NCBI GenBank assembly: GCA_965552055.1
Contig: CBEVQO010000002.1
Span: 160,001-224,000 of the forward strand
Direction: 5' to 3'
DNA: 64,000 nt
Source: an uncultured bacterium
Lineage (GTDB): Bacteria; Hydrothermota; UBA3073; NMUJ01; CBEVQO01
The number at the start of each line of letters is the position of its first letter. Position 1 is the first letter of the stretch. The position numbers and the translations under genes were made by a program. Positions 48,358 to 59,760 of this stretch are shown here, piece by piece. A model generated the notes under the pieces. The model worked only from the letters and a program-made list of their open reading frames with translations, was not told where the DNA came from and did not search any database.

Positions 48358-48879
48358 ATGAAAAAGGAATTAATAGTTATTGGTTTGCTTTTAAGCATAA
48401 ATTATTTGTACGGCGATACAACCTTATTTCGGGCGGAATTTCATAAAGGAACAGGCTCAATATTATATCCATGTGATGTGGTTATCTCTGATGGTGAGAA
48501 GGTTTATGTAAAAACAGGTGTTACTTCTGTGGAACTTTTTGAGCCAGGTAAATATACTCTAACGTGGTCCTACAAAATAAATGGAAGCGAACATATAATG
48601 CATATTCCTTTTACATTGAAACCGGGTGAAAAAAGAGAACTGATTTTCCATGTATACGATCCTTCGGAAATTGAACCTCGCAAACATCTTTTTATTTTTA
48701 TGGAAGAAAAAGGATTAAGGTATGATTTGAAGTATAAATGGGATGAAGACCAGCAATGCGTCATAGGAACTCTAACTCATTACACAGGAAATAAATATAT
48801 TGGCATAGGAATCCGTATCGATGATGACGTACGAATAGGAAATAGAGTATATTCACAGAAACTGATTGTCTTAAGGTGA
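48358..48879 (+). CDS. Hypothetical secreted protein
   Basis: AGGAGG SD, signal peptide MKKELIVIGLLLSINYLYG. Confidence 0.7.
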   Translation: MKKELIVIGLLLSINYLYGDTTLFRAEFHKGTGSILYPCDVVISDGEKVYVKTGVTSVELFEPGKYTLTWSYKINGSEHIMHIPFTLKPGEKRELIFHVYDPSEIEPRKHLFIFMEEKGLRYDLKYKWDEDQQCVIGTLTHYTGNKYIGIGIRIDDDVRIGNRVYSQKLIVLR

Positions 48880-48927
48880 AGGGAGTAAGTATGGTTATTT
48901 TTAGAAATGTTGAAAAAGGAGGGGAAA

Positions 48928-49800
48928 ATGAAGTATGCGGTTTTATTAGTTCATGGTTTATTTTTAGCAATAAGTTATCTATACGGGAATGCATACTCAA
49001 ATGACTTATCCTCAAAATATAAGCAAGTGACTGATACTGCTGCTTTCCCTAAGCTGAGAGAGAGTATTCGAAAACTAAACGAAGTGATTGCAAAAGACCC
49101 GAAGAACGCGAAGTTATATTATCAGCGTGCACAAATGTATCTTGCTGTATTAGAAATAGATAGTGCAATTAAGGATTTAAATAGAGCAATCCAATATAAC
49201 CCATGTGCTTTTTATTATAATGAAAGAGGATTCATTTATGCTTACGGTGCAAGGAGATATCGCGATGAATATGGAAATCTTTATATTTATCCTATTGAAG
49301 AGTATGGCAAAGCCATAGAAGACTTCACAAAAGCTCTGGAGATTGATCCAAACAATGACACAAGTTACTACAGGCGTGGACAAATTTATCATGCATTAAA
49401 CCAATGGGATAGAGCATTACGGGATTACAAGATGGCTGCTAAATTAGGTAAACATTGGTTCCAATATTATGCTTGTGCTACGATTCTTTTTCATATGGAT
49501 AGTTTAAAGCAAGCTTACGAATACATCCAGTTAGCCGAAAAATCTATTAATAAGACAAAGGAAGATATGTCATTAGATGAATTTAAGCTCGAATTAAGTA
49601 AAATATATGCTATCAGTGCCGTTACACTTTATTCAATGGGCAATAAAAACCAAGCACTTAGCGAATACAGAAAGGCAATGGAACTTAACCCAAACTGGTG
49701 GAAAGGTAATATCAATTTGCTAAAAGCCAAATTTAGCGAAGATATCCTATCCGTAGTAAGAAAATTATGTAAGGAATTAAATATCAAAATCACTGAATAA
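48928..49800 (+). CDS. Secreted TPR protein
   Basis: GGAGG SD, signal peptide, TPR units (LYYQRAQMY, AIEDFTKALEIDPNN). Confidence 0.85.
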   Translation: MKYAVLLVHGLFLAISYLYGNAYSNDLSSKYKQVTDTAAFPKLRESIRKLNEVIAKDPKNAKLYYQRAQMYLAVLEIDSAIKDLNRAIQYNPCAFYYNERGFIYAYGARRYRDEYGNLYIYPIEEYGKAIEDFTKALEIDPNNDTSYYRRGQIYHALNQWDRALRDYKMAAKLGKHWFQYYACATILFHMDSLKQAYEYIQLAEKSINKTKEDMSLDEFKLELSKIYAISAVTLYSMGNKNQALSEYRKAMELNPNWWKGNINLLKAKFSEDILSVVRKLCKELNIKITE

Positions 49801-49801
49801 C

Positions 49802-50656
49802 TTATTTTTCTCCCACATAGATTTTTGCGTCATCAAAATAAGCAACTGCTCCGTAGTTTAGATAATTTGAGATACCAAAATAGTATGCCCCAAATGAAAA
49901 ATTGTATATCATGTAATCAGTCCATGCTGTAAGCGGAAATTTCCATTCATATTCTTTGTCATCAATGTATAGTTTAAAAATAATTCCATCATCTTTGCCA
50001 AATTTGCTGAAATCAGCTGATAATTCTGCCTTATACCATTTATTGCAATCAAGCGTAAATCCACCATTTAATGTTTCGAAATTTATTTCACCACCTGTTG
50101 CACCATATCCTGTTCCATATTTGATGAGTCCCTGACGATTAAATCCCACTATGGCGATATACCATTTGCCTTCTTCAAGGTCATAAAGGTCAACATCCAG
50201 CCACACACCAGCATCATATTCTCCAAATTGTCCCTTAGGTAGATAAAAATAAACAGAGATTTTCTTTAAAGGATTATCCCAATGTGTGAAATCGGGTGCC
50301 ACAAGAACACTCCTTACATTTTCTCCTGATCGTGGAACTGCGCAAGAAAACACAGGTGGCACAGTTAAGCGGAAAGACCTTACATTTCCTCCTGATTGTT
50401 GAACTGTCCATACTTTTGCACTCCTTTTACCCGAAAAAGAAACTTCTGTTGTGGTCTGGGCATGCTGGTCGGGCTTCTCAAGATGCCATTCATACTCAGG
50501 ATGTGCACTCTGCTCCTGCCAGTTTTCCGGGAAATCAAAAATTTTCTCGTATTCAAAGCCATCTTCTTTCAACAAATTCCAGTTTATATTCTCATTTTTA
50601 TTCTCATTTTGACGAAAACAATTTAGTATGAAAAGTATCAAAAGAATTCTTTTCAT
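49802..50656 (-). CDS. Hypothetical lipoprotein, probable beta-sandwich
   Basis: ILNC lipobox; DGFE...W...SFSGKRSAK...YFDDAKI pattern. Confidence 0.65.
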   Translation of the reverse strand: MKRILLILFILNCFRQNENKNENINWNLLKEDGFEYEKIFDFPENWQEQSAHPEYEWHLEKPDQHAQTTTEVSFSGKRSAKVWTVQQSGGNVRSFRLTVPPVFSCAVPRSGENVRSVLVAPDFTHWDNPLKKISVYFYLPKGQFGEYDAGVWLDVDLYDLEEGKWYIAIVGFNRQGLIKYGTGYGATGGEINFETLNGGFTLDCNKWYKAELSADFSKFGKDDGIIFKLYIDDKEYEWKFPLTAWTDYMIYNFSFGAYYFGISNYLNYGAVAYFDDAKIYVGEK

Positions 50657-50665
50657 TTTTCTATT

Positions 50666-51415
50666 TCATAATCCCCAAATAACATGCCACACTATATCTG
50701 TCCAGAAGTGTATGCCAACCGCAGCAAGAAACCCAAATTTCCTGAAGTAATAAGCGGAAAAAATTGAAAGCAAACCATTAAGAAGGAAAATTTCAAACAT
50801 TAAAGCAAACGGAATCTCGTTAACACTGTTCAAACCAAAAAACATAATTACAGAGGGAACATGTGCAGAAGCAAATACAAATGCCGATAAAATTGCCACA
50901 ATCCAGAAAATTTGATTTTGAAATCTATTTTTTAAAATCACACGAGAAATAAACCATACAAAGAATGAAATAAAAAATAGACGAAATATTATTTCTTCTC
51001 CAATAGCAGCACCAGCCGAAGCAACGAGAGAAGTAGGAAAGGGCGGATGAGGAAGTTGTCCCAAAGTATGAAATTTGCTCAAAGCGTTATCTGCAAAAAT
51101 GAAAAAAACACCCATAGCTATACCAGCAAGTGCAGGAATCAAAAATCTCTGTTTATTTGTAACTCTTGAATCCCATATATCGGCAAAGCCCAGTTTTTGT
51201 GAAAGAGTTAATCCAAGAAAGCCCAAACCACCATACAAAATAAGGATAACAATTGCATTTATAAGGGCAAGCAAAGGCTTAGAAAGAAGAGGTCTTTGTC
51301 CCGAATTCGATGGAAAAGAACCTTGAGGCAGAAAAACATTAACGGCTCCCAGAAGGGCGTAAGTTGTAACGAGACCAATATAAATTTTAATAGACAAAGA
51401 TAATCTCTTCTTCAT
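50666..51415 (-). CDS. CPBP (Abi/CAAX) family intramembrane metalloprotease
   Basis: GEEIIFR, FASAH, GIHFWTD; multi-TM. Confidence 0.88.
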   Translation of the reverse strand: MKKRLSLSIKIYIGLVTTYALLGAVNVFLPQGSFPSNSGQRPLLSKPLLALINAIVILILYGGLGFLGLTLSQKLGFADIWDSRVTNKQRFLIPALAGIAMGVFFIFADNALSKFHTLGQLPHPPFPTSLVASAGAAIGEEIIFRLFFISFFVWFISRVILKNRFQNQIFWIVAILSAFVFASAHVPSVIMFFGLNSVNEIPFALMFEIFLLNGLLSIFSAYYFRKFGFLAAVGIHFWTDIVWHVIWGL

Positions 51416-51420
51416 CCTTA

Positions 51421-51447
51421 ATTATAATCTGGCTGTTGAAAAGTCAA
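51421..51447 (-). promoter_or_regulatory. Promoter TTGACT-N15-TATAAT-N5-ATG
   Basis: Reverse complement reads TTGACT TTTCAACAGCCAGAT TATAAT TAAGG ATG. Confidence 0.75.
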
Positions 51448-51486
51448 TGGATATTTATTGACACAGAATTTGATTTTGATGGGGTG

Positions 51487-52443
51487 ATGCTCATAAGTGT
51501 TGTAATTCCAACATATAACAGGGCAGATTGTATTGAAAAAGCTATAATAAGTGTTTTAAATCAGACCTGTAAAAATTTTGAGATAATAGTTGTGGATGAT
51601 GGCTCATCGGATGATACATATTTTAAAGTGAAGAAATATTTTCCGTATGTTAAATATTTTTATCAGGAAAATAAAGGGGTGGCGAGTGCACGAAATATGG
51701 GGATAAAGGTGTCAAAAGGCGAGTTTATAGCTTTGCTTGACTCCGATGATGTATTTCTGCCACAAAAATTAGAAATACAGATAAAAGAATTCGATGAAAA
51801 TACAGGAATTGTATTTTGCTCTGGCAAAAATATTGGTAAAAATGTGAAAATAGAGAAGGCAAAAGATTTATATGATGCAATCGAAAAATATTACACCATA
51901 ATAAAAGAGAAATTAAGGGTAGAAACATCATCTGCACTTATAAAAAGAAAAGTTTTTGAGAAAGCAGGTCTTTTTGATGAAAGTTTTAAAGTAAGGGAAG
52001 ACGATGAATTTTTCATGAGGGCATTAAAATTTTATGATTTTAAGATTGTTGGTAAAATTTTGATAAAGAAAGGAAAAAGAGAAGACCAGTTGAGTAAAAA
52101 TTTCCCTGATTTACAGCGAGAGATGTTGATAAAAGTTATAAGGCGACTTTATGATGTTTATCCCGAAAGTATTAGGGATTTTGAAACGCATTTTTACTGG
52201 GGTAGATGGCTCATGGCGAAATATGATGCTAAAGAATTATATTTTGAGATTAAAAGAGAATTTGATAAATGCATAAAATTGGCACCAGAATTTGCACCAC
52301 CTTATTTATTTATGGCATATCTTGAGAAGTTGAAAGGGAACGCAGATAAGTCAAAGTTTTATCTTAAGGAAGCGGTAAAGAAATTTAAAAATTTAAAAGA
52401 ATTAGAAAAATGGTTAAAGGTTTTGAACATCAAGGTTAAATGA
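51487..52443 (+). CDS. Glycosyltransferase family 2 with TPR-like tail
   Basis: SVVIPTYNR, VDDGSSD, ARNMG, LDSDD, ED. Confidence 0.92.
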   Translation: MLISVVIPTYNRADCIEKAIISVLNQTCKNFEIIVVDDGSSDDTYFKVKKYFPYVKYFYQENKGVASARNMGIKVSKGEFIALLDSDDVFLPQKLEIQIKEFDENTGIVFCSGKNIGKNVKIEKAKDLYDAIEKYYTIIKEKLRVETSSALIKRKVFEKAGLFDESFKVREDDEFFMRALKFYDFKIVGKILIKKGKREDQLSKNFPDLQREMLIKVIRRLYDVYPESIRDFETHFYWGRWLMAKYDAKELYFEIKREFDKCIKLAPEFAPPYLFMAYLEKLKGNADKSKFYLKEAVKKFKNLKELEKWLKVLNIKVK

Positions 52444-52486
52444 ATGAGAAAAGGTTGACAATTTTTCATAATATATATTATTTATG

Positions 52487-53974
52487 ATGATTAAGTGTGC
52501 TTTATTTTCGTGCTACAAAAAGGATGGAATAGAAAAACTCGCTTTGGCTCTTAAATCCCGTTATAAAATCATTGCGAGCAGTGGAACAGCGAAATATTTG
52601 AGGAAAAAAGGAATAGATTGCGAAGAAATAAGCAAAATAACAGGACAAAAGGAAATACTCGGCGGTAGATATAAAACAATTCATCCATTAATAATCGCAG
52701 GTATACTCGCAAGAAGAGATTGCGAAGAAGATTTGAAAGAAATTAAAGAAATGAAAGGAATTTTGATAGATTTTGTCTGCTGCAATCTTTACCCATTTTT
52801 TGAAAAAAAATCTATTGAAAATATAGATATAGGTGGAGTAACGCTCATAAGAGCTGCTGCAAAAAATTATAAATGGGTTACTGTTTTGACATCACAGGAA
52901 GATTTTGGATGGGTTATCGAAAAACTAAAAAAGAATGAATTAACGGAAGAAGATAGAAAATATCTTGCACAAAAAGCTTTTGATTACACTGCAAAATTTG
53001 ATATTGAAATCGCAAAATTCATGGGTTCACGGAAGCTTTATATTGTTTGCGATGAATTTATGGATTTAAGATATGGTGAAAATCCGCATCAATCTGCAAA
53101 ATTTTATCGCCTCGAGGATTACGATGGATTATCTCTTTTTGACCTCGATAAATTGCATGGCAAAGAGATTTCCTACAATAATCTTTGTGATTTTGAGACC
53201 GCTCTCCTTATTGTAAAATCTTTTAAAGAACCATGCTGTGCGATTGTAAAGCATCAAAATCCATGTGGTGTCGCTGTAGCAGATAACATTTGTGATGCCT
53301 ATCTCAAAGCAGAGCAAAGTGACCCCCTTTCTTCTTTCGGAGGAATAATCGGATTTAATAGGACAGTAGATGCCGAAACCGCTGAAAAAATCAGTCAAAA
53401 ATTTATTGAAGGAATAATAGCACCTGATTTCACACAGGATGCAATTGCTATACTTTGCAGAAAAAAAAGGTTAATTCTTGTGAAAATAAATTTTGAAAAA
53501 AATTTACCATCAAAGATTTACAGATTTATATCTGGAGGTGTTCTTGTGCAAGATGCCGACATATTTGAAGACAATTATGACGAATGGAAAGTTGTAACAG
53601 AAGCTCATCCTGACGAAGAAGAATGGAAATGTGCTAAATTTGCATTTAAAATCTGTCGCTTTATAAAATCAAATGCAATTTGTATCGCGGATAGCAGTCA
53701 AAGTCTGGGAATAGGAGCAGGTCAGCCAAACAGAGTTGGTGCCGTTGAAATAGCTATAAAAAATATGGAAAGATTTGGTTTAAAGAGAGAAAAAATGGCT
53801 CTGGCATCTGATGGCTTCTTCCCTTTCCCTGATTCCGTTGAGCTCGGTATGAAGGCAGGAATTAAAGTTTTTGTGCAGCCAGGGGGTTCCATCCGGGATA
53901 AGGAAGTAATCGAATTCTGCAACAAACATGGACTTAAAATGATTTTCACAGGAAGAAGACATTTTAGACATTAA
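52487..53974 (+). CDS. purH: Bifunctional AICAR transformylase / IMP cyclohydrolase
   Basis: GRYKTIHP, ENIDIGG, LRYGENPHQ, KHQNPCG, ASDGFFPF, GRRHFRH; start 52487 or 52484. Confidence 0.97.
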   Translation: MIKCALFSCYKKDGIEKLALALKSRYKIIASSGTAKYLRKKGIDCEEISKITGQKEILGGRYKTIHPLIIAGILARRDCEEDLKEIKEMKGILIDFVCCNLYPFFEKKSIENIDIGGVTLIRAAAKNYKWVTVLTSQEDFGWVIEKLKKNELTEEDRKYLAQKAFDYTAKFDIEIAKFMGSRKLYIVCDEFMDLRYGENPHQSAKFYRLEDYDGLSLFDLDKLHGKEISYNNLCDFETALLIVKSFKEPCCAIVKHQNPCGVAVADNICDAYLKAEQSDPLSSFGGIIGFNRTVDAETAEKISQKFIEGIIAPDFTQDAIAILCRKKRLILVKINFEKNLPSKIYRFISGGVLVQDADIFEDNYDEWKVVTEAHPDEEEWKCAKFAFKICRFIKSNAICIADSSQSLGIGAGQPNRVGAVEIAIKNMERFGLKREKMALASDGFFPFPDSVELGMKAGIKVFVQPGGSIRDKEVIEFCNKHGLKMIFTGRRHFRH

Positions 53975-54029
53975 AAAATTTTTTCTTGACATTCGTAGAA
54001 ATATATTTATAATTTAAAATAAGGAGGGT

Positions 54030-57000
54030 ATGATGAGGTGGTTAAGTGTATTGGTATTATTTGTGGGGACAGGTCTTGGAGCAAGAGTGATTGTTGAGGA
54101 AGATTTCGAAGATATGTTTCCTCCTGCACAGTGGGATACCGTACCCGTTAGCGCTACACCTGATAACGGATGGGAATGGGGACCTGGGCAATGGGGTTCA
54201 TCTTACGATGCCTATTCTGGCAGTAAATGTGCGATATTTAACTCTTACTCGTCGTCTAAGAACTACACCGAGGACCTTATAACAGATACATTTAACCTGA
54301 AATATGCAAGTGCATGCTCACTGAAATTCTATTACATAAACGAAGATGGTGATGATTCTGTAATTGTTTATTATTCAACGGATTCAGGTAAAACCTGGAT
54401 AGTGCTCGATACATTGAAAATAGAAGCAAACTGGACATTATACAAATATGACCTTCCTGATGGCAAAATGATTATGATAAAGTGGCGTGGATACAGTGAC
54501 TACGGATATTCAAATCCCGCTATTGACCTTGTTCAATTAACGGGAGAATTTTCACATGATGTTGCTGTTAAGGAAATAAATCTCTCCAATGTGCCAGCTG
54601 TACCTAACAGAGATGTGAATATTGAAGCAATTATAGAAAATCTCGGAACATCGGACGAAGCAAACATCCCTGTTTATTGCTATGTGATAAATGCTGCTGG
54701 GGATACTGATTTTGGTGATACCGTTATAATAAGTAGTTTAAATTCAGGCAAAGAAGACACAATTACCTGGCAATGTGCCGTTGCAGAACATGGTGATTAT
54801 GATGTGGTTGTAAAGACAAATCTAGCAGGTGATCAAAATTCTTTAAATAACACTAAGGAAGAATCTTTCCATTGTCTGCAATTAATTAATATGCCGTGGA
54901 GCTATGGGTTTGAAGAAACACCTTTCCCTCCATGTGGATGCTGGGAAATCTACAATTTTGATGGAGATGACCAGTGGGAACAAACCTCGTATTATGCACA
55001 TTCTGGTACTTTGTCTGTTTATTGTAAGTATGATACACCAAATAATGACTGGCTGATTTTGCCACCGGTTATTGCAACATCCAATCAGGATACACTCATC
55101 TTCTGGTACAGGGCAAGGTCTTCATCCTATGAGGAACACTTTAATGTGAGACTGGTCAAAGGAGTAACAACAGATACTTCGCAATACAGCATTATATGGG
55201 ATACTACTACTGATACTACAGAATTTGTGGAAGCAAAAATAGTACTTACATCTCTATCAGAAGGTGATACTTTCAGGATAGCATTCCATTACGATGCAGA
55301 TAACCAGTATGGAATTTATATTGATGATGTGGAGTTCAGGAGTGGTAAAGTTTATAACAATGATGTCGCTGTGACTTCTGTTAGCTGTAAGCCAGCAGTA
55401 GTATTGCCTTTGCATACAGATACAATCAGTGCTGTGATAAAAAATTGTGGTTTGAATCCACAAAATAACTTTGATGTAACGATTACTATAATTGGTCCTT
55501 CAAATGACACTATTTTCTGCGACACTGTAACGATAGGAGCACTTGCTTACAGTGAAGAAACCACGATTGTGAAATATGCGAGCGGACATTCGGAACATGG
55601 AGATTACATAGTTTATGTAAAGACGCATTTGCCTTCTGATGAGAATACATCGAATGATAGTCGCAGTACAATTTATCACTGTCTGCAGTTGATCAATATG
55701 CCATGGAGCTATGGGTTTGAAGAAACACCTTTCCCTCCGTGCAAATGCTGGAAAATCTACAATTTTGATGGAGGTGACCAGTGGGAACAAACCTCGTATT
55801 ATGTACACTCGGGTAACTTCTCTGTTTATTGCAATTATGATAAGCCAAATAATGACTGGCTGATTTTGCCACCGGTTATTGCAACATCCAATCAGGATAC
55901 ACTCATCTTCTGGTACAGGGCAAGGTCTTCATCCTGGACCGAACACTTTAATGTGAGACTGGCTAAAGGAATAACAACTGATATTTCGCAATACAGCATT
56001 ATATGGGATACTTCTACCACTGCAACGGAATTCCAGCAGAAGAAAATAGTACTTACATCTCTATCGGAAGGTGATACTTTCAGGATAGCATTCCATTACG
56101 ATACTTCTGATCAGTATGGAATTTATATTGATGATGTGGAGTTCAGGAGTGGTAAAATTTATGACAACGATATTGCTGTGACCTCTGTTAGCTGTAAGCC
56201 TGTGGCTGTTGAGCCATCAGAAGTAGAAACTGTAACTGCCAGAGTGCTTAATGCAGGCTATAACGACCAGAGCAATTTCAAAGTGAAAATTTTTGTCGTT
56301 AGTCCTTCCAAGGATACTGTATATAAGGATAGTGCAAATGTTGGGTTGCTTACTTCATTCTCCGATACTACGCTCCAATGGATGGTAACCGGCTATACAG
56401 AGCATGGTGACCACATTGTCTATGTGATAGCATGTCTATCAGGTGATGAGAACTCGTATAACGATAAGAAATCATCATCTTTCCATGTAAAGGCTAAAGT
56501 TACCGCACCATGGAGCGAGGGCTTCGAAAGTGCTACTTTCCCGCCATGTCCTTGCTGGACAGATGTTTACGGAAACTGGGAAAGATATGAAAGCTCTTCT
56601 AATGCACATTCAGGTGCAGGATATGCACACATCGACTTTAATGTACCAGAAGGTGAAGGAATTTTAATAACACCTACATTGGATGTGGGTTATTATGATA
56701 CGCTGATATTCTGGTGGAAAGAAGCAGATTATAAGGGCAAAGATATAGGTCATGATTCTACTTTCGTTGAAATATCAAGGGATAATGGTGCCACATGGAT
56801 TGTATGGAAAGTTTTGAAAGCAGAGCATTCAGCAACATGGCATGCCGAGACACTGGTATTCGGTGATTTGTGGAGCCATGAGCTGAAAATCAGGTGGAGA
56901 TATGAGACCGATGGTTCAGCATCGGCATATGGATTTAACCTGGATGACATTGAATTAAGAGCAGGAGGATATCGCCATGATATCGGTATATCATCGATAA

Positions 57001-57605
57001 CATTTAAACCAGATACAGGAATTAAGGGTGAAGAAGATACAATCTCGATAAAGGTTACAAATAATGGAAACTATGATGAAAACTTCACTCTCATTAAAAT
57101 TGTTAAAACACCTTCGGAAGAAATAGGATACTGTGATACCATGGAGGGATTATTCCTGCAGGCATACACAGATACCGTTATCACATTCTACTACACACCT
57201 GATACCATAGGTAATCATCTCGTTATTGCAAAAGTAATGCTAACAGGTGACGAAAATACATCCAACGATGAAAAAATAGACACTCTGTATGTGAAACTGC
57301 CACCAGGTTTCGCATCCATCCGTATTAAGCGCTTATATTTGAAACAGAATATACCTAATCCTTTCGTAAACTTAACAAGGATAGAGGTCGGACTACCAGC
57401 GAAACAGAGCTTCACACTGAAGATTTACGATGTGTCAGGAAGATGTGTGAAAGTATATCGCTATGAATCTGCATCACCCGGAATATACATCATAAAATGG
57501 AATGGAACAGATAATAAGGGTAAGAAGTTACCGGCAGGAGTATACTATTGTAAGCTTCAAACAAAGAATAAGGTAATAACCAGAAAAATGGTGAAGATAA
57601 AGTAA
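54030..57605 (+). CDS. Secreted multi-module protein: cleaved-adhesin/MAM-like + CARDB repeats + FlgD/T9SS CTD
   Basis: Repeated GFE..FPPC..W...NNDWLILP...IYIDDVE and D.AV..V...N.G...N..ND modules; QNIPNPF...WNGTD...GVYY tail. Confidence 0.85.
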   Translation: MMRWLSVLVLFVGTGLGARVIVEEDFEDMFPPAQWDTVPVSATPDNGWEWGPGQWGSSYDAYSGSKCAIFNSYSSSKNYTEDLITDTFNLKYASACSLKFYYINEDGDDSVIVYYSTDSGKTWIVLDTLKIEANWTLYKYDLPDGKMIMIKWRGYSDYGYSNPAIDLVQLTGEFSHDVAVKEINLSNVPAVPNRDVNIEAIIENLGTSDEANIPVYCYVINAAGDTDFGDTVIISSLNSGKEDTITWQCAVAEHGDYDVVVKTNLAGDQNSLNNTKEESFHCLQLINMPWSYGFEETPFPPCGCWEIYNFDGDDQWEQTSYYAHSGTLSVYCKYDTPNNDWLILPPVIATSNQDTLIFWYRARSSSYEEHFNVRLVKGVTTDTSQYSIIWDTTTDTTEFVEAKIVLTSLSEGDTFRIAFHYDADNQYGIYIDDVEFRSGKVYNNDVAVTSVSCKPAVVLPLHTDTISAVIKNCGLNPQNNFDVTITIIGPSNDTIFCDTVTIGALAYSEETTIVKYASGHSEHGDYIVYVKTHLPSDENTSNDSRSTIYHCLQLINMPWSYGFEETPFPPCKCWKIYNFDGGDQWEQTSYYVHSGNFSVYCNYDKPNNDWLILPPVIATSNQDTLIFWYRARSSSWTEHFNVRLAKGITTDISQYSIIWDTSTTATEFQQKKIVLTSLSEGDTFRIAFHYDTSDQYGIYIDDVEFRSGKIYDNDIAVTSVSCKPVAVEPSEVETVTARVLNAGYNDQSNFKVKIFVVSPSKDTVYKDSANVGLLTSFSDTTLQWMVTGYTEHGDHIVYVIACLSGDENSYNDKKSSSFHVKAKVTAPWSEGFESATFPPCPCWTDVYGNWERYESSSNAHSGAGYAHIDFNVPEGEGILITPTLDVGYYDTLIFWWKEADYKGKDIGHDSTFVEISRDNGATWIVWKVLKAEHSATWHAETLVFGDLWSHELKIRWRYETDGSASAYGFNLDDIELRAGGYRHDIGISSITFKPDTGIKGEEDTISIKVTNNGNYDENFTLIKIVKTPSEEIGYCDTMEGLFLQAYTDTVITFYYTPDTIGNHLVIAKVMLTGDENTSNDEKIDTLYVKLPPGFASIRIKRLYLKQNIPNPFVNLTRIEVGLPAKQSFTLKIYDVSGRCVKVYRYESASPGIYIIKWNGTDNKGKKLPAGVYYCKLQTKNKVITRKMVKIK

Positions 57606-59760
57606 ATTAGGAGGTATCATGAAGTGGCTTTGCGCATTGCTGTTGTTTGTGGGGACAGGTCTTGGAGCAACTGTGATTATTGAGGAAGATTTCGAAGATA
57701 TGTTTCCTCCTGCACAGTGGGATACCGTACCCGTTAGTGGCTCCGATTATGGATGGGTATGGGGCGATGGTTCATCAGGTGGAGACCCAGACAATGCTTA
57801 TTCTGGCTCAAAATATGCGAGATTTTACTCTTATTTATCGAGCGATGGATATGAAGAAGATTTAATAACAGATACTTTCGACTTAACATCTGTCGCAAAC
57901 TGTACACTTTCTTTCTATTACATCAACGAATACGATAACACATCTCCTCCTGGTAAGGACTGGGTAAAGGTCTATTATTCTGTTGATTCGGGTAAAAGCT
58001 GGGTGGAACTTGATTCACTCGGGATAAAAGATGCATGGACACATTTTGAGTATGCTTTACCAGATAGCAAAATCATAATGATAAAATTCAGGGGACACAG
58101 TGATTACGGATACACAAATCCATGTATCGACCTTTTCAGAATTAAGGGACAAATTGCCCATAACATTGCAGTAAAATCTCTAAGCTTAAGCCACGATGCT
58201 ATACCACCAAATTACACTCTCACGATAACTGCTGTGATAAAAAATAAAGGAACATCAAACGAATCTAATGTTCCTGTATATTGCTGGATTAAAAATCCTT
58301 CGGATAGCATTGTATTTGGAGATACTGTAACAATTGGAGAATTAAAATCAGATAGCGATACTGTTATCACATGGAATTATGGTGATGCAACGGAGCACGG
58401 AGATTATACTGTGATAGTGAAGGCAAACTTATCAAATGATGCGTATCACAACGATGATAAGAAAGAAGAAAGTTTCCATTGCATGGAAATACAAAATATG
58501 CCGTGGAGCTATGGGTTTGAAGAAATACCTTTCCCTCCATGTGGATGCTGGAAGATTTACAACTTCGATGGTGGTGACCAGTGGGAGCAAACTTCAGATG
58601 ATGCACACTCAGGTAACTTCTCCGTTTATTGCCGTTATGACATACCAAATAACGACTGGCTGATTTTACCGCCAATTATCGCAAAATCCAATAACGATAC
58701 ACTCATCTTCTGGTACAGGGCAAGGTCTTCATGGGGAACCGAGCACTTTAATGTGAGACTGGCTACAGGAGTAACAACTGATACTTCGCAATACAGCATT
58801 ATATGGGATACTTCTACCACTGCAACGGAATTCCAGCAGAAGAAAATAGTACTCTCAACCTTAATCCCCGGTGATACTTTCAGGATAGCATTCCATTACG
58901 ATTCCGATAATGAGTATGGAATTTACATTGACGATGTGGAGTTTAAGAAGGGTAAGGTTTACAACAATGATGTCGCTGTGACTTCTGTTAGCTGTAAGCC
59001 TGTGGCTGTTGAAACATCCGAAGTAGAAACTGTAACTGCCAGAGTGCTTAATGCAGGTTATAACGACCAGAGCAATTTCAAAGTGAAAATTTATGTAGTG
59101 AGTCCTTCCAGCGATACTTTATTTAGAGATAGTGCAAATATTGGGTTGCTTACTTCATTTTCCGATACTACGCTCCAATGGATGGTAACCGGTTATACAG
59201 AGCATGGTGACCACATTGTCTATGTGAAAACATGTTTATCCGGTGACGAGAACCCGTATAACGATATGAAATCGTCATATTTCCATGTAAAAGGCAAAAT
59301 CATTGCACCATGGAGCGAGGGCTTCGAAGGTACCACTTTCCCGCCATGTCTGTGCTGGACAGATGTTTATGGAAACTGGAAAAGATATGAAGACCCCTCT
59401 TATGCACATTCAGGTGCAGGATACGCACATATTGATTATGATGTATCAGAAGGTGAAGGAATTTTAATAACACCTACAATAGATGCAGGTTATTTCGATA
59501 CGCTGATATTCTGGTGGAAAGAAGCAGATTATAAGGGCAAAGATATAGGTCATGATTCTACTTTCGTTGAAATATCAAAGGATAATGGTACCACATGGAT
59601 TGTATGGAAAGTATTGAAAGTAGAGCATTCATCAACATGGTATGCCGAGACACTTATATTCGGTGAAAATTGTGGTCCCGAGGTAAAAATAAGATGGAGA
59701 TATCAGACAGACCGCTCCTATTCAGCATACGGATTTAATCTGGACGATATAGAACTGAAA
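54870..59760 (+). repeat. Near-identical DNA modules shared within and between the two paralogs
   Basis: cc(g/a)tggagctatgggtttgaagaa at 54894, 55701 and 58501; block of about 56180-56950 matches about 58980-59750. Confidence 0.9.
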
